The notes below the pieces were generated by a model that searched no databases, was not told the origin of the DNA, and saw only the letters and a list, made by a program, of their open reading frames with translations. DNA of 63,931 nt, counting the filler, from Hausera hauseri (taxonomy: Eukaryota), in assembly GCA_046269625.1 (NCBI GenBank). It is 12 parts of 12 records of this genome, joined end to end, with 100 filler letters (N's around TTAATTAATTAA, not from the genome) between each part and the next. Parts side by side here need not be neighbours in the genome. Positions count along the whole stretch, not along the records: positions 29,178 to 39,912 come from JBJURY010157755.1; positions 40,013 to 45,594 come from JBJURY010226408.1; positions 45,695 to 49,858 come from JBJURY010726547.1; 9 more parts are not named here. One strand, written 5' to 3'. Position numbers and translations under genes: made by a program. Positions within the stretch are counted from its first letter, which is position 1. Each line of letters begins with the position of its first letter. Shown here one piece after another: positions 37,801 through 48,216 of this stretch.

Positions 37801-39261
37801 ATCTACTTTTGATGGCTTAGTCGAACTTTTCCGAGTAAAATTTTCAAATATTTGCTGAAGTTTAAACTTTTTATGATCTTCTTCAGGACTTGGAATGATA
37901 GGCTTTTCATCTGTGATGTAATGTTCGACATTATCGAATGATGGTCTTGAGAAATGTTTTACCAGCAATGTACCTTGTACTGCAGGTTCCGGCAATTTTA
38001 CTGGTTCAACGTATATTGTTTCCCCCGATACTGAGTCATCGAACTCGTCCGAAAACGGTATATGCCTTGAACCGGGTGGATCTCTTTTAAGTTTGTACTT
38101 TTTATCTTCTGCAGTACCATCGAATTCGGTAGAAAACGGCAGTTTCTGACTCTTCTTTGAGAATCTAATGTCAAAAAATTGATCGGTCAATTGTGGTTTT
38201 GGCAGGGGATTTCTGACTTCCGTATAAATTTCATCATCGCTCCTCGATCTTTCTTTTACTTTCCCTTTACCAAAGTCAAATTCGAAACTCCCTCTACTTT
38301 TACTCGTTAACAATTCTCCCGGCTCTTGGACGATATCCACACTACCTTTACTTCTGCTCTTTACTAACTCACCAGGCTCTTGAATAAAGTTCTCGCTGCT
38401 TTTACTAATACAGACGAAATTTGGGTTTATCTTAAAATAGTTCTTCCCCAACCCTTTATTCAGTGTTTTGTCTTCAAAGAAATCGTCAGAACCATTATTT
38501 CTGTTGCACAGCTCTCTCAATGGTGAATCGTCATCACTCATACTGGACCGTTTTTCATTTGGTTCAATGGATTCCATTACGGTATTATTTTGTGATACGG
38601 ATAAAAAGAGTACATCGGCCGTGTGCGTTGTACTGCAGAATTCCGGAACTGCCACGTCACTAGTGTTTCGACTTATAAAAGAAACTGTTTCGTTGGACTC
38701 GTTAAATCCGGGAAATATTGGCAAAGCAACGTCCTCAGTCGCATGTTGCAATATTTCCTTGTTTATTAAATTCAAAAATTTCTCTTTCTTTTTATGCTGA
38801 TCCGAACTTTCGAGAATACCAAAAGACTGTCTATCGAATTGGACATTAATGATGTTCTTATCATTGTTGTCTTGCTTCAGAGTTATTTTCATATCACACG
38901 ATGACTTACATAAGTCATCATTTAGGTCGGTTTTAGACATCTTACTTTTCCGATTCACATGACCTTGAACTCTCGGATTCGTCAATTCAAATTCAATACT
39001 CGTAAACGTTGTCGTATCGGAAAGACTCAATGATTCGAAAATTGAATCATCAATTGATGAGTAGAGTTTACGAGATTCGTTATCAAATGAATAATCCTTG
39101 TTCTTACTGATTGTTTTTGGTCGGGTTCGTTCCGAATGATGTCGAGACGGAAATCGGGCTTTCATTTTCAAATAAACAAAATGAGGCAAAGATTGTTTCA
39201 ATCTGCTCATATAAACTTGATTGTTTAACGTTGGAGTACTTTCACATTTCGTTTCATCCAT
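31864..39261 (-). CDS. Large intronless Ser/Lys/Glu-rich, mostly disordered protein (2465 aa), function unknown
   Basis: Uninterrupted 7.4-kb ORF in an AT-rich genome, with internal repeats, a Lys-rich basic tract and helical islands. Minus-strand AATAAA near 31735. Confidence 0.85.
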   Translation of the reverse strand: MDETKCESTPTLNNQVYMSRLKQSLPHFVYLKMKARFPSRHHSERTRPKTISKNKDYSFDNESRKLYSSIDDSIFESLSLSDTTTFTSIEFELTNPRVQGHVNRKSKMSKTDLNDDLCKSSCDMKITLKQDNNDKNIINVQFDRQSFGILESSDQHKKKEKFLNLINKEILQHATEDVALPIFPGFNESNETVSFISRNTSDVAVPEFCSTTHTADVLFLSVSQNNTVMESIEPNEKRSSMSDDDSPLRELCNRNNGSDDFFEDKTLNKGLGKNYFKINPNFVCISKSSENFIQEPGELVKSRSKGSVDIVQEPGELLTSKSRGSFEFDFGKGKVKERSRSDDEIYTEVRNPLPKPQLTDQFFDIRFSKKSQKLPFSTEFDGTAEDKKYKLKRDPPGSRHIPFSDEFDDSVSGETIYVEPVKLPEPAVQGTLLVKHFSRPSFDNVEHYITDEKPIIPSPEEDHKKFKLQQIFENFTRKSSTKPSKVDIPFAAEFDSLENEKKPSKLRNMLSTKKYGEKSLIDYKPNVIISDPSANATSVKEQTLLTEDSESRKSPKPSSKDENPNISVSGESNVSVDIVPSKAQVNIKSRRSTESKESTDQSSSEYKSHVSPGEKPNVFFNLPRTKSSEKLNKLFIEAEQNAMRQEVSKRIVDFDDSERFAHVGPLKEYPEKRLPNADDHVTFFDEIAMRIPVEDLKQSRMLSRVSEETTKPSSTIKSSRKKDDTKTLPVNDPKPNRQQQPGSKSAPQTGSKMSQDELKGDEESKVSMGIPKLSRLPSTKKSLLDTSKVPDIITEDDGLAKATSLIYENIKELVTDGTKGPSVIEFTETLKDINDFADDFSRQSLAITGKLSFTKNVESNVTPKIPSMGSEESINYFASMKPTIPDVRRMSKSTEEIFIPSGVQETIQSMHSSQMQNVIPVMKSEYNAVDTPYSNITTSSLASSSMQRKNRNINSSPAVLPKCIIKRIVQTMMIELKTSKNPLSRPYSVEKKITKLFEDPELNTHNWHGAIKKARKMIAEIVELIISVNIDSGTRDMVEIAAIIGELKNELLRTCAFVVSITQKTSSLNLVCLEVIEEIINDKMKQLDQIVIEWNSQGRPISLTDYYLSNIAEKISEPSAMTDNKDIQSPKMSAKKISKPRSKSLDSFSSGSEQRVIRKHDCSKHTAPAPSLVKKKSSQSERSNSKENIKKPSKVQKSPSTQPSPQKENVDEPPRSAGLVIQKKVSSTEVIEVTNRNVSSESSESGTLIGMNKTDDVNLVAKPGHAVPNADKKDDIHRMRMSTTEVQKVEPRKAKEERKTSKRPGSMKSNEMTDLDDNDSKVKITVVEERKTISRIITANGVPSDSGVNPSKTELSITGTPADTVERQTPPVKKPRKSRANDERIGQLSQSQIPTEDVTKLQQSAQEEPKGIVKTLSKTQEDITETKIAPGLKIRKSTSIEETIVNISHYKSVNGTGKSKQFVQPEVQPRNTVKSFNDIQDSTVESKAPSRRITRESVSTEETVIKASHHKSMDDTGKSKQSVQQEPRSTIKTMNETQDDTVDSKALVRQITRESETVEDTFVKASHHKSLDDTRRSKESVQRDPRSTVRKLDDIIESKAPSRREIPESVSDEGRFVRSSQRPRSLDDTEMSKQSIQQPGTIVKKYSKTQESIESTTTGRRETHESVVIGEIIIRQSARPKSLDETEEPKQEQPDTARTLARESSASSVNTEDDQIPDDTQKTEISRSKKHKAVRRKGSKESSDDQRSGKKKKKGKKSKKKKGKGRSRTSSIESTKSFDGQSRKLKKGKPKTPPKKNNTDNSRSIYDDVKPKDNMKKSQKSTKQLADDYVILESHDKPSVHKRTSRNSQRSKSRSSSNVSNKGKKPMKPYNAQEIDTESSKLLTAVQNGKPLSPKRQSTDNDRAVSKSSEKPRDDREKQVKLSDFSIPGFSLITDSRVKKTKDIIKTSAVESKAQLPMLEPARAELTSLVMVNNQPLIQRSPNMSLIDKLSREYPIWKTPIASGSSSIRDLIEFIINTTSYGVDINMALFEEIVKELDDLEKELMSSVAVNIHQCRQAKKDLDGFCFEILAHIINNELGQAKYMFQALDENFIPANFSQMGKLYRNYIDKMKKPEVVDNASESSIVTRTESIVEKKVSFKSAEKFEFTLTKNLEKVHTKTPVNYAHATAEILNYTEETFSEDNEQASKPMASVKVIDTKIRPSMAMSNDDNIVSKTSVVPLDDSSLMMIIKKLDEQSNEISQIKTSIELLHNLVQTKLSNIGCRYNPKSLNFAQASNLHSSPEMINKPTSNIFSIQPKEHHYSSQTDIKADTYQSRSFIAPISNKTTEQFVSPKSLDTQQSNQQFTDVDVLFLIIDGAHNLLMAQQSNFQPKSKAQTGDYCEKLNTEFDFIFNWVLDRYNETIESMKEDPLNRYIVDNINSGSLQQRRNMEKHLISKIVNDNNLFISQWVKEICFRRVIDCLTNE
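34190..35060 (-). repeat. Five coding tandem repeats of about 55-60 aa within the 2465-aa ORF
   Basis: Units such as KQSVQQEPRSTIK...ESKAPSRR.TRES...EET.IKASHHKSLDDT..S. Confidence 0.85.
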
Positions 39262-39659
39262 GTTTTTTCAACAGATCTAATAGAAATATCTTGTCACAAT
39301 CCAGAAGTACTTCAATGTTTCGTAAAATAACATGGTGATGATTAAAATTTCTCAGTAGCCAAATGGCTATTTACATGGAATTTCATATTATGTTGTTAAT
39401 CAATATTCTATGTATGATACGAACTGCATTGTTGGTGGTTTAAGTACAATTTAGAACTGTTGTTGAACATATACAGTGAAAAACCAATATGTTACCCGTG
39501 TCAATTTAGATTGATATCCAGAAAAAGTTTTTAGATGTAGAGTTAGAATGAGACATAATAATAAATATTGTCTTCAACTGAACAATATGCCATTAATGTT
39601 TATCATTAAATAAACGGCTTCAGTTCAAAATCCAAAAGTATTTTTAACAAGACAACGAA

Positions 39660-39912
39660 TTTTACTGTAAATATGGGTCATTTTTACAACAAATAATCAG
39701 AGAGACATGCAAAATATAATGATGATTAATAATATGAGAAAATTGTTGAACATTTCTGTTGTGGAATTTGTTAAAATTTATAATTCAATGAAGGTGGGGA
39801 ATATTGTACAAGTACCATAAATGAGGGATTTTACGGTAAATATGGGTCATTTTTATAACAAATAATCAGAGAGACATGCAAAATATAATGATGATTAATA
39901 ATATGAGAAAAT
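39660..39912. repeat. Tandemly duplicated repeat (period about 170 bp) at contig end
   Basis: ttttac(t/g)gtaaatatgggtcattttta...cagagagacatgcaaaatataatgatgattaataatatgagaaaat twice. Confidence 0.85.
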
Positions 39913-40012
39913 NNNNNNNNNNNNNNNNNNNNNNNNNNNNNNNNNNNNNNNNNNNNTTAATTAATTAANNNNNNNNNNNNNNNNNNNNNNNNNNNNNNNN
40001 NNNNNNNNNNNN

Positions 40013-41100
40013 ATCGGATTTCCGCTATTTCCAATATTAATGATTAGCACCCGGCACCAGGCGCAATTGAGTGCAAAATCGATTCTCTATGTGAATGTGC
40101 AATTAGAATTTAAATCGATCAATTGGTTTTCGAATAAATGGCAACTGAGACAGACTTCCCGCAGGCCTTTCTGGCATAAAATAAAAATGGATAATTTTGA
40201 TCCGGGGCAAGTACTGCTCGGCAGTACATACGGTGCACTACCAAATGGGAAATGCTAAATGCTGGGGTATCTTTGGCACGGTTGCCATGGCACTTTTACA
40301 CTTTTCACATATTTGTTGCTGTACGTCCTAGGAATGTTCGAATCGACCGGGACTAAGTGCAGGTGGATACAGCATGCCGCGATTCATCTTGATATGCACT
40401 GTGCAGGTGCGCAGCACATGTGGAAGTGTGTAAAAATCAATTATATCGGTTTTCCGATAATTCCAATATTGATTATTAGCACATGGGACCGCGTGGAGTC
40501 GATAGGAAACTCGGGGCACTATACGAATGTGCAGTTATAATTTCAATCGATCAAGTCGATTTCGAATAATATCGATCCAAAGTGGAACTGAGACAGACTT
40601 ACCGCAGGTTTTTAGGTCCTAAGAAATCAAATTCGATACAATATTTAGCGGGGACAGATAGGAAGTCGAGTATGGCCATCTCGAATATCGTGTCAAATAT
40701 TCGAAATTCTAAAATTTTGGCCCGAATATCGAATATCGAACCTTTTGAAAAATCTAACAACGCCATTCGATTTCTCATGTCCGAATACCCCTTATGCATT
40801 AAACTTATTCCACGAAAATGTAATATATATGTACAAAATCAATATTTCAAATTAAGCAAAATGTGCATTTAAAGCCCAGTGAAGCAAAAATCGATAAATC
40901 TAACAGCGGTGCTGGATAGGAACCCCCATGTAATGAATAGAAATATGATGTCAGATATTCGAATTCCAGCTTCCGAGTCGCATATTTAGCTATTCGAACT
41001 CGAAAACTCGATCAATCATATGTTATTCGAAGAATCTGATGCGCGAAAACCTATAGGGCAATCAATATCAGTGCGGTGCAGCGCACCGCGGTGTATTAAA
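40013..41100. repeat. Non-coding TCGA-rich region with about 430-bp-period direct repeat; candidate Polinton lineage B terminal region
   Basis: 40013-40165 recurs at 40444-40608 (ttccaatatt..attagcac...aatcgatcaa...aactgagacagactt.ccgcagg). Lies downstream of the pPolB stop. Confidence 0.55.
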
Positions 41101-41129
41101 ACAAAGTTTAATAACAAGTAATTATTATA

Positions 41130-41890
41130 GCAGGGTAGCATATAGGTAATATATGTGATATGTGTAATACATAGGCGATATGTATAATATAGGCATCAAT
41201 TGGGTAAAAAATATAGGTATGTTATAGATAATTATGAGTAATATGCGCTTAGAGTGAACTAAATAGGTGCATAGAGTTAACTATATAGCCGTATAGAGTT
41301 AGCTAAATAGGCATATAGGGTTAAATATATAGTTGTATAGTTAATTAAATAGGGTCAAACAATTACACTCATATTATTTAAATAATACCCATATTACTTG
41401 TATTTTACCCACACAGACAAACACACGCACACAACATATGATTTAGACAATTCATTTCCAAAATTGCTTCATTTTGCAGGCACACACAGACTAACACACA
41501 CTACCTATATTTTAGCTATATATTCCTCGCATATTACCTATATATTCTGTCCCTATTCCTCATATTTTACCAATATATTTTCCTATACTCTTATATATTC
41601 CTCATATTTTCCATATATTTCTCACATATTCCCTATAATCCTCATACATTCCTTTCTTTATCCCTTTTTGTTCCCTATATTTCTCACATATTACCTATAA
41701 TCATCATATATTCCCTTGTTATTCCCTTCTTATTCCCCATAATCCTGTTATATTTTTAATAATCCTGCTACATTCATTTCTCATTCCTTACTATCCTCCA
41801 TAATCCTCATACATTCCGTCCTTATTCCCTATAATCCTCCCATAATCCTTTAGCTATACCTTTCCCATATAGTATTTTACACACATACAC
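41130..41890. repeat. Low-complexity subterminal region with inverted strand bias (G/A-rich, then C/T-rich)
   Basis: tataggtaatatatgtg on the left versus catatattacctata on the right; degenerate ataatcct/ttccctat units. Confidence 0.6.
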
Positions 41891-42087
41891 ACTATAAAAA
41901 GTGTTTGCATTACGCCAAAGTTTTATTTATATGAAATAAATGTGTTATGAAATTAGTTCGCCTTATCCTACATAGTAGTTACTTAGTTTTACTTGGCTTT
42001 ATCCTATATCCAACATCACTTGATAAAGAAGACAACACGATATTTTATACAAGATTTATTAAACAAAGAATAACAATATGTACACAT

Positions 42088-45000
42088 TTACAATGCCACA
42101 TGTCCGTGAGGTAGTGTGCTTATTCCATAACCCAGGATCTGCCTTTTGTCGTCCATCCAATCTAGGTTCTTCTTCTGTAATGTTACTGTCTCAATCTTAT
42201 GATCCCTAGACTGGATCCTTTGCATCTCCGATATGATGCGAGGCTGCTCATGCAGAACTCTCACATAATCTACAAAAGTTATCTTCTTGGCTAAGGTAGC
42301 CCTTTGAACGCCCTTACCTATCTTTTTGATCCGACCGCATACATCAATTGCATACATTTTGAACCTCAGAGCTACAAATCTCAAGATGATTGCTCCATTC
42401 ACCTCGTCTTTAAATTTCCCAAGGACTTTCTTGTTGGTAATTGAATAGTTGGGATGATCATTAGGATAGTCAGACGTATCCATATGCTGTGCCAACTTAG
42501 CAAAGTCCTCATAAATGTCCTCAGTATGGATCTGATAGATGAAACTATCAGTATCCATATACATCAGCTGTATGGACTTGAATGTGGGAACCATGATGTC
42601 ATAGTGGAATTCGTACATTAGGGTCTTTGACAGGTCGAAGATTGCCATACCAACACATATGGGCTTGTTGAATTGCAAGGATGTTTTCAGCACATGGAGG
42701 CTGACCAAGTTCTCCGCATATATGATGCTCCTGTGGAAATTTGGCTTGGCAATGAGATTCTTTGCCCGCTTCCACTCAGAGACGAGTTCAATGTTGATCC
42801 ATTTGCAGAGATTTTCCATGGTCTTGCCAAAAACGCTGTTCTTGTAGAGCTTAAACTGTTCCTTCTCAAAGTCGTTCTTGGCATTGGTCCGCAGCTTTGT
42901 ATTGAGATCCAATGCATAGCTCTTTATCGTAACATCCCTGAAACTCTCAAAGACATCCGTCAGAAGCAACACGTCCATCTTGAGATATATGTTGCTGTTT
43001 TCTCCTAATGTTCGTCATTGGAATGCATGCCAGACGTTCTGAGCACGCTGGTAGTCCATATCACTGATATCGCAATCTGAGAGGATATTGTAAAAGTCCT
43101 TCTTGGCCGGCAGTGAGTTTCCAGAGTTTCCCGTGATGTTATATAGTCATAGGAAAACACGCCCTTCCTCTTGACGAGGTCAAATGTAGTGGGGAAGAAC
43201 CGCTTCGTCTCCTTGAGTTCTTCTGCAGGCAGGTTCTTCACTAAACTGTCAAGTGAAGACGAAATAAAACGGAAACTGTCTACGAAGCGAAGCCTGATTC
43301 TTCCAACATGCTTCGTAAATGTGATGCATTTTTCCTCACTATTAGGGATCACATCAATGTTTCCTTCAATGCAGCCCAGTTCCCGAACAATGATATGAGA
43401 ATCATATCCACTGAGATTATGGAACATTACAGGCACATATGTATATGTTTTGCAACGTAGATTGCAATTGTTGCATGCCGCGCCTCGATATTTGTCTGTA
43501 AAATGGAAATGATCCCTGATTTTATAATTATCCTTAGTGAATGATTTGGAACACAAGTAACATGCTGTTGCCTTGCGCCATTCTTCTTGCATTTTCGACA
43601 TGTTCATTGTATCCTTATGCTGCTGCTGCATATCTCCAATCCTATGAGCCATATCTTCAAATAGTTTCATGAAATGAGCTGCTGCGCCTGGACCCCTAAA
43701 TAGATAGGGTTCACTGTCCAGTCCTTTGGCATACATGCAATATGAGGAGAGCTCATGATGTTGGTATGCCGTTGTGCTGCTATGTTGTGGATTAGGACTG
43801 CAACTCTGAACTGGGTGCAGGATCGCTTCAAAGTCGTAATAGATAACTATTGGGACCTTGATCTTCTTCTCGAACTCCTTGAATTCGATGTAGTCCTCTT
43901 TGGGAAATTCTGGCCTGATACAATAATTATTGTTGCAGTATATCTTGTGTTCTTTCAGCTTCTCCACAGCTACATCGCCGCTGAAACGGGACAAGCATCG
44001 TTTACATATTTCTATTTGTCCATGATGTTTCGTAATTTGTGATCTGACTAGCCGCTCAAAATATTTGATCGAAACATGATGCTTCTTTTCTCCATCGTCT
44101 AATAGGACCAGATCCCTATGATCTTCCAAATTAGCATCGCACATCTGCAGGGGATAGAATTTGCCTCCTCGTCCAAAATTCGAGATATTGATGGACATGT
44201 TGACTTTTCCAAATTTTTTGACATCATCTAAGGATGGAGGGAACTTGATACATTGGAAGTCATAGTTGTGCTGCACATCTTTATATAGCTAAACCCCTGA
44301 AGCATGATTTTGATCCGTTACGAGTATTGATAGAATGGCATACATGAAACACATGTTGTCATTGTTATGGTCATTGACACATGCATTTTTATTAGCGATC
44401 CAATCAGGGAACTGAATATATGAACTGCCCCGAATAGGAGAGTACTTGTGAACATACACAAGCAATCTCTTGATGGTTGCCAGAGTCCATCCGCTTTTCT
44501 TATATTGACTCTCCCCGGCTTCACGGATCAGCTTCTCGTGCGCCTCTTGCATCCATTCTGCTAAATTGGTGTTTTCCAATATGGGTCTATTTTTGGTCTT
44601 GAAGGCCCTATTGGATTCTTCGGCATCAACATTGATGTACGTGGCCTCCAGTTTCATATTCACTTTAAGGGCTTTGAGCTCCGCCATGTTGTTTTGAAGA
44701 ATTTCCTCTGTCTCGTCCTTTTTTATAAAAGGAAGTATTGGAGGGTTGTTTGCCCAGTTGCCTCAATAACATATCTGCAACATTTTCTCTTTAATGCTGC
44801 TGCATCAACTGGCCGCTGCCTTTGGCTTTTTGATGGAGCATCTTCTGCTGCTGCTATGCGTTTTAGTCCTGCGTCGGACCTTGCTGCCAAAGCAGGCTGT
44901 ACAACTAGCTGTGCTGCCGAAGCAGTCTGTTCTGCCAAAGCAGGATGCTGCTCTTTAAATATGACCTTCTTTGACTTTGACTTGAAGTCTGTCAAATGGG

Positions 45001-45208
45001 CAATATGATCTTCGTAAAACTGCATGTATTCTCCATCACATACAGCCTCACATCCTGGGCAAATATAACAGAAAATACTATTGAATTTGTATCCATAGTA
45101 GCTCCTCATGGTATTGTGACAGTTCTGAGGGTTGTGTATTACACATGTACAATACACGTATGAACTGCATCTTTGATTTTGCTTAGACATGGAGGTCATT
45201 ATTAACAT
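42088..45208 (-). pseudogene. Polinton pPolB lineage B, near full length with internal deletion
   Basis: ORFs 44723-45208, 44289-44687, 43005-44276, 42088-42978. Motifs KSGWT, GSSYI, YYDFEA, RDHFHFTDKYRGAACNNCN, FHNLSGYDSH, FVDSFRF, KLYKNSVFGK, YMDTDS, GKFKDE, DDKR. Confidence 0.95.
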
Positions 45209-45694
45209 AGTGGTATGGAATATTTGTTTTTCAACTTGGTGAAGGAAATGAGGTGTTATTTATGGGCATTTTAAGAGTCTTCATATTTGGTCTGGCACAC
45301 TACCTCACATATAGAGCATATATACTACTCAGCCCTGTTGTATAGATGGCTGAAGTATTTCTGTATAATATTATGTCAATTTTCAGGCTCGTGGATTTGA
45401 GCCAAGCACTGTTTGTATAGATTGCACATCTAAAAATCAACCAATTATTCGAGGAGCACAAATAAAAATCTCACCATTTGTGGAAGTGATTTGTAAATAA
45501 TTAAACATAGCCATATCAATGCATACTGCCTCATTTATAAATTTTTTTAAATTTTCGAACATTCTAGAACACTTTGTTTTAATGCATCAAATAANNNNNN
45601 NNNNNNNNNNNNNNNNNNNNNNNNNNNNNNNNNNNNNNTTAATTAATTAANNNNNNNNNNNNNNNNNNNNNNNNNNNNNNNNNNNNNNNNNNNN

Positions 45695-46818
45695 ACATAA
45701 TGAAAGTGTTCATCATTCTCAAGAATAAGTAAGTTCACTACAGAACCATTCGGATTTTTGCTACGGTATAAAATATCTACGAATGGATTTTTCACTATGT
45801 CCTCATCAAAGTCAACATCATCCTCATTATGATACAAGAAGACATTAATTGAAAGCTGCGGATTTTGCCTCTCAAATTTAGGAATATTACAAATTTTCAT
45901 TGGCATGTCTTCTGCGGAATAATTTAGTTCACCTAAATAAGGAGTGTAATTGCTTACTCTATTTCTATGAGAATAATCAAAGAGAGAATATTTTGTCACA
46001 GCTAGTATGGAGTACAGGAAGCACAAATGGTCGTTGTTCTGCACATTAATAACAGCTGTTGCATTTCGTAAAGCTTCAGGTGTTTGAATGTATGATCTGC
46101 CAGACAAGTAGGGTAGTGGGCTTGTCTTAACAATATGGAAACAATACTTCAAGATCTTCACTATTTTCCACCCACTACCCATTTCTGCAAAATTCTCAAT
46201 TTGTTTACTTAAACTATCAGCTACTGTTTGCGGGTAAGAATCCTCATATGGTACTGCTCTGTGTGAAATGTATGCCTCTTTGAAATCACCTTCAGAATTC
46301 TCAAAAAGAATCTCAAGACCATATTGAACCTTACAAGAGGAGAAACGAGACGTGTACATGTGAAAGGTACTTAGTATTTCCTCAGGTGGTCGAACAGAAA
46401 TAAGATGGTCGGGCGCCACATCAAAACACAAACGCACATAATTATTTCCAAGAACAGTATGCACATTAAGTTTTGTGTTATTAACAGTTTGTTGTCTTTG
46501 TTTCTTCATGGACTGATTAGGCTGGTTCTGTGTCCTTTTGTTTGTCTGTTTAACTGGTTGGGACGTTGATTGTTGGTTTGCTGATTGTTGGAATGGCAAT
46601 TGTTGTTCCATGACAAATTGTTTCGCCAAGTTTATCATTTCCTTGTGTTCTCGAACAATATTCTTTTTGGGTTTGGTGAAGAATGTGAGGTGCTGATGTT
46701 GGTGTCGGAATGTTGGGAATGTTTGACCTGATATGACATAACAGGTTGGACAAACATAAAATTGTCGTCCATCGATTTTTGTACCATAATATTTTGCCAT
46801 GGTTTCCTCACATGACAC
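45695..46818 (-). CDS. Polinton pPolB lineage A, intact N-terminal about 375 aa, cut by contig end
   Basis: Open frame homologous to 6221-7330 (MAKYYG, ENFAEMGSGWK, GRSYIQTP, INVQNND.LCFLYSIL, FERQNP.LSINVF). Confidence 0.92.
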
Positions 46819-47127
46819 TGGTGAATGAATCTCAGCAGTGCAGTAATTGAAATTGCAGTTCTATATAATATTAAATAAAGAAATGAAGAAAAATAAACAT
46901 ACCATTTTGTAGTTATAATTTGAAAGTCACTTAAAATGTATATCAACACTTTATTTATACTAAAATTTAACCAATAGAATTTAACCAATCAAAAGTAGCG
47001 AATGAAAATGTAGGATATAAATAGAATAACATAAATAATATGTTGTGTTTTGCAAATAGTTACTTATAAAGTAATGAAAGACATTTATGATACAAAGACA
47101 TTTATTATACAAATATTGTACAAGAGA

Positions 47128-47598
47128 TTAAATGTTTTCTTCATCATCATCTAACCATTTTTCGAGACCGACTTTTGTTAGATTTGTAATCTGAGTGACT
47201 GCAATAGCTTGAGCATTGTTATTGTATATTATAACTCTGTTACTTTGTAACCGACAATCTGTACATTCATGTAATCCAGAGTCTATGAAACAATTAATGC
47301 ATGTCTGATGCGTCGTATTGAAGCAACCGTATATTCTGACAGTGTATCCGATCGAATTGCCGAAGCAAAGTGGACATTCATTGTTTTGGACTTCCTTCAG
47401 TTTGTTGATGTTACATTGCGATACATGTTTACCATTTGAATTGAAGATGTCCACAATGTTATTTTGGTTTCGACACATGGGACATGACTGTTTGTGTTTA
47501 GACCATTGCACAAAACAGTTCAGACAATGATGGTGGGTGCATCCAAGTAAACGGATGTTGTAGGAAGTACAATTGTTAAGACAGATTGAACAAAACAT
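47128..47598 (-). CDS. Tandem double RING-finger protein (putative E3 ubiquitin ligase), Polinton accessory gene
   Basis: CSIC..CTHHHCLNC..W..CPMCR, then CPLC..GC....HQTCINC....CTDCR. Upstream of and co-oriented with pPolB. Confidence 0.85.
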   Translation of the reverse strand: MFCSICLNNCTSYNIRLLGCTHHHCLNCFVQWSKHKQSCPMCRNQNNIVDIFNSNGKHVSQCNINKLKEVQNNECPLCFGNSIGYTVRIYGCFNTTHQTCINCFIDSGLHECTDCRLQSNRVIIYNNNAQAIAVTQITNLTKVGLEKWLDDDEENI

Positions 47599-47865
47599 GT
47601 TGATGAAAAAAGAGAAATTATATTTGATTAATAACAGATATATAGTAAGTTGTAACCAATAGAAATGTGTGTGTGTGAGCTAAATAGTTTTGTTAAAGAC
47701 TTGTATTAATGTCTTATTTAGTTTTGTCTTGTATAGTTATATTAAGACAGGCAGACACATACAAATAAGGAAAATTGTCTACATAGACAAAACTATTGTC
47801 ACAACATTATATTTTGTTGATCAAAATATTTAATATAACACAACGTAATTTGTATGATTTGTTAA

Positions 47866-47969
47866 TATTTTACATTTAATATATTGCAATATAATAAACA
47901 TATTACGTTGCGGTATATTTTTCATTTAATATATTGCAATACAATAAACATATTACGTTGCGGTATATT
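47866..47969. repeat. 50-bp tandem duplication between divergent genes
   Basis: catttaatatattgcaata(t/c)aataaacatattacgttgcggtatatt twice. Confidence 0.9.
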
Positions 47970-48033
47970 ACGTAGAGTATATAAGGAAGTGTTTGTCATT
48001 TGTTTGTTAGTTTTACAAAATTCATTTGAACAA

Positions 48034-48216
48034 ATGTCGAAAATTACAATATCTGAAAAGGTAAAGCAACAAATGATTGTTGCCGGAATGGAGGAACAAA
48101 GAAAGGAATATATACCAGAAAGAAGTGATGATAGTTCGTCAGTGCAGATACCGGATTATGAACCGAGGGACATCGATGTAGCAAAGGATAATGGTAATGT
48201 TGTATGTCAATATTAA
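48034..48216 (+). CDS. Short acidic ORF, possibly the frameshifted 5' part of the downstream gene
   Basis: MSKITISEKVKQQMIVAGMEEQRKEYIPE...DYEPRDID; overlaps the 48204 ORF. Confidence 0.4.
   Translation: MSKITISEKVKQQMIVAGMEEQRKEYIPERSDDSSSVQIPDYEPRDIDVAKDNGNVVCQY

Noticed and set aside
31640-39338. Many plus-strand ORFs overlapping the 2465-aa gene
   Set aside because: Antisense shadows of a low-complexity coding strand.
41398-41700. 100-aa Tyr/Ile/Phe-rich ORF (also 60015-60283)
   Set aside because: Translation of low-complexity repeats.
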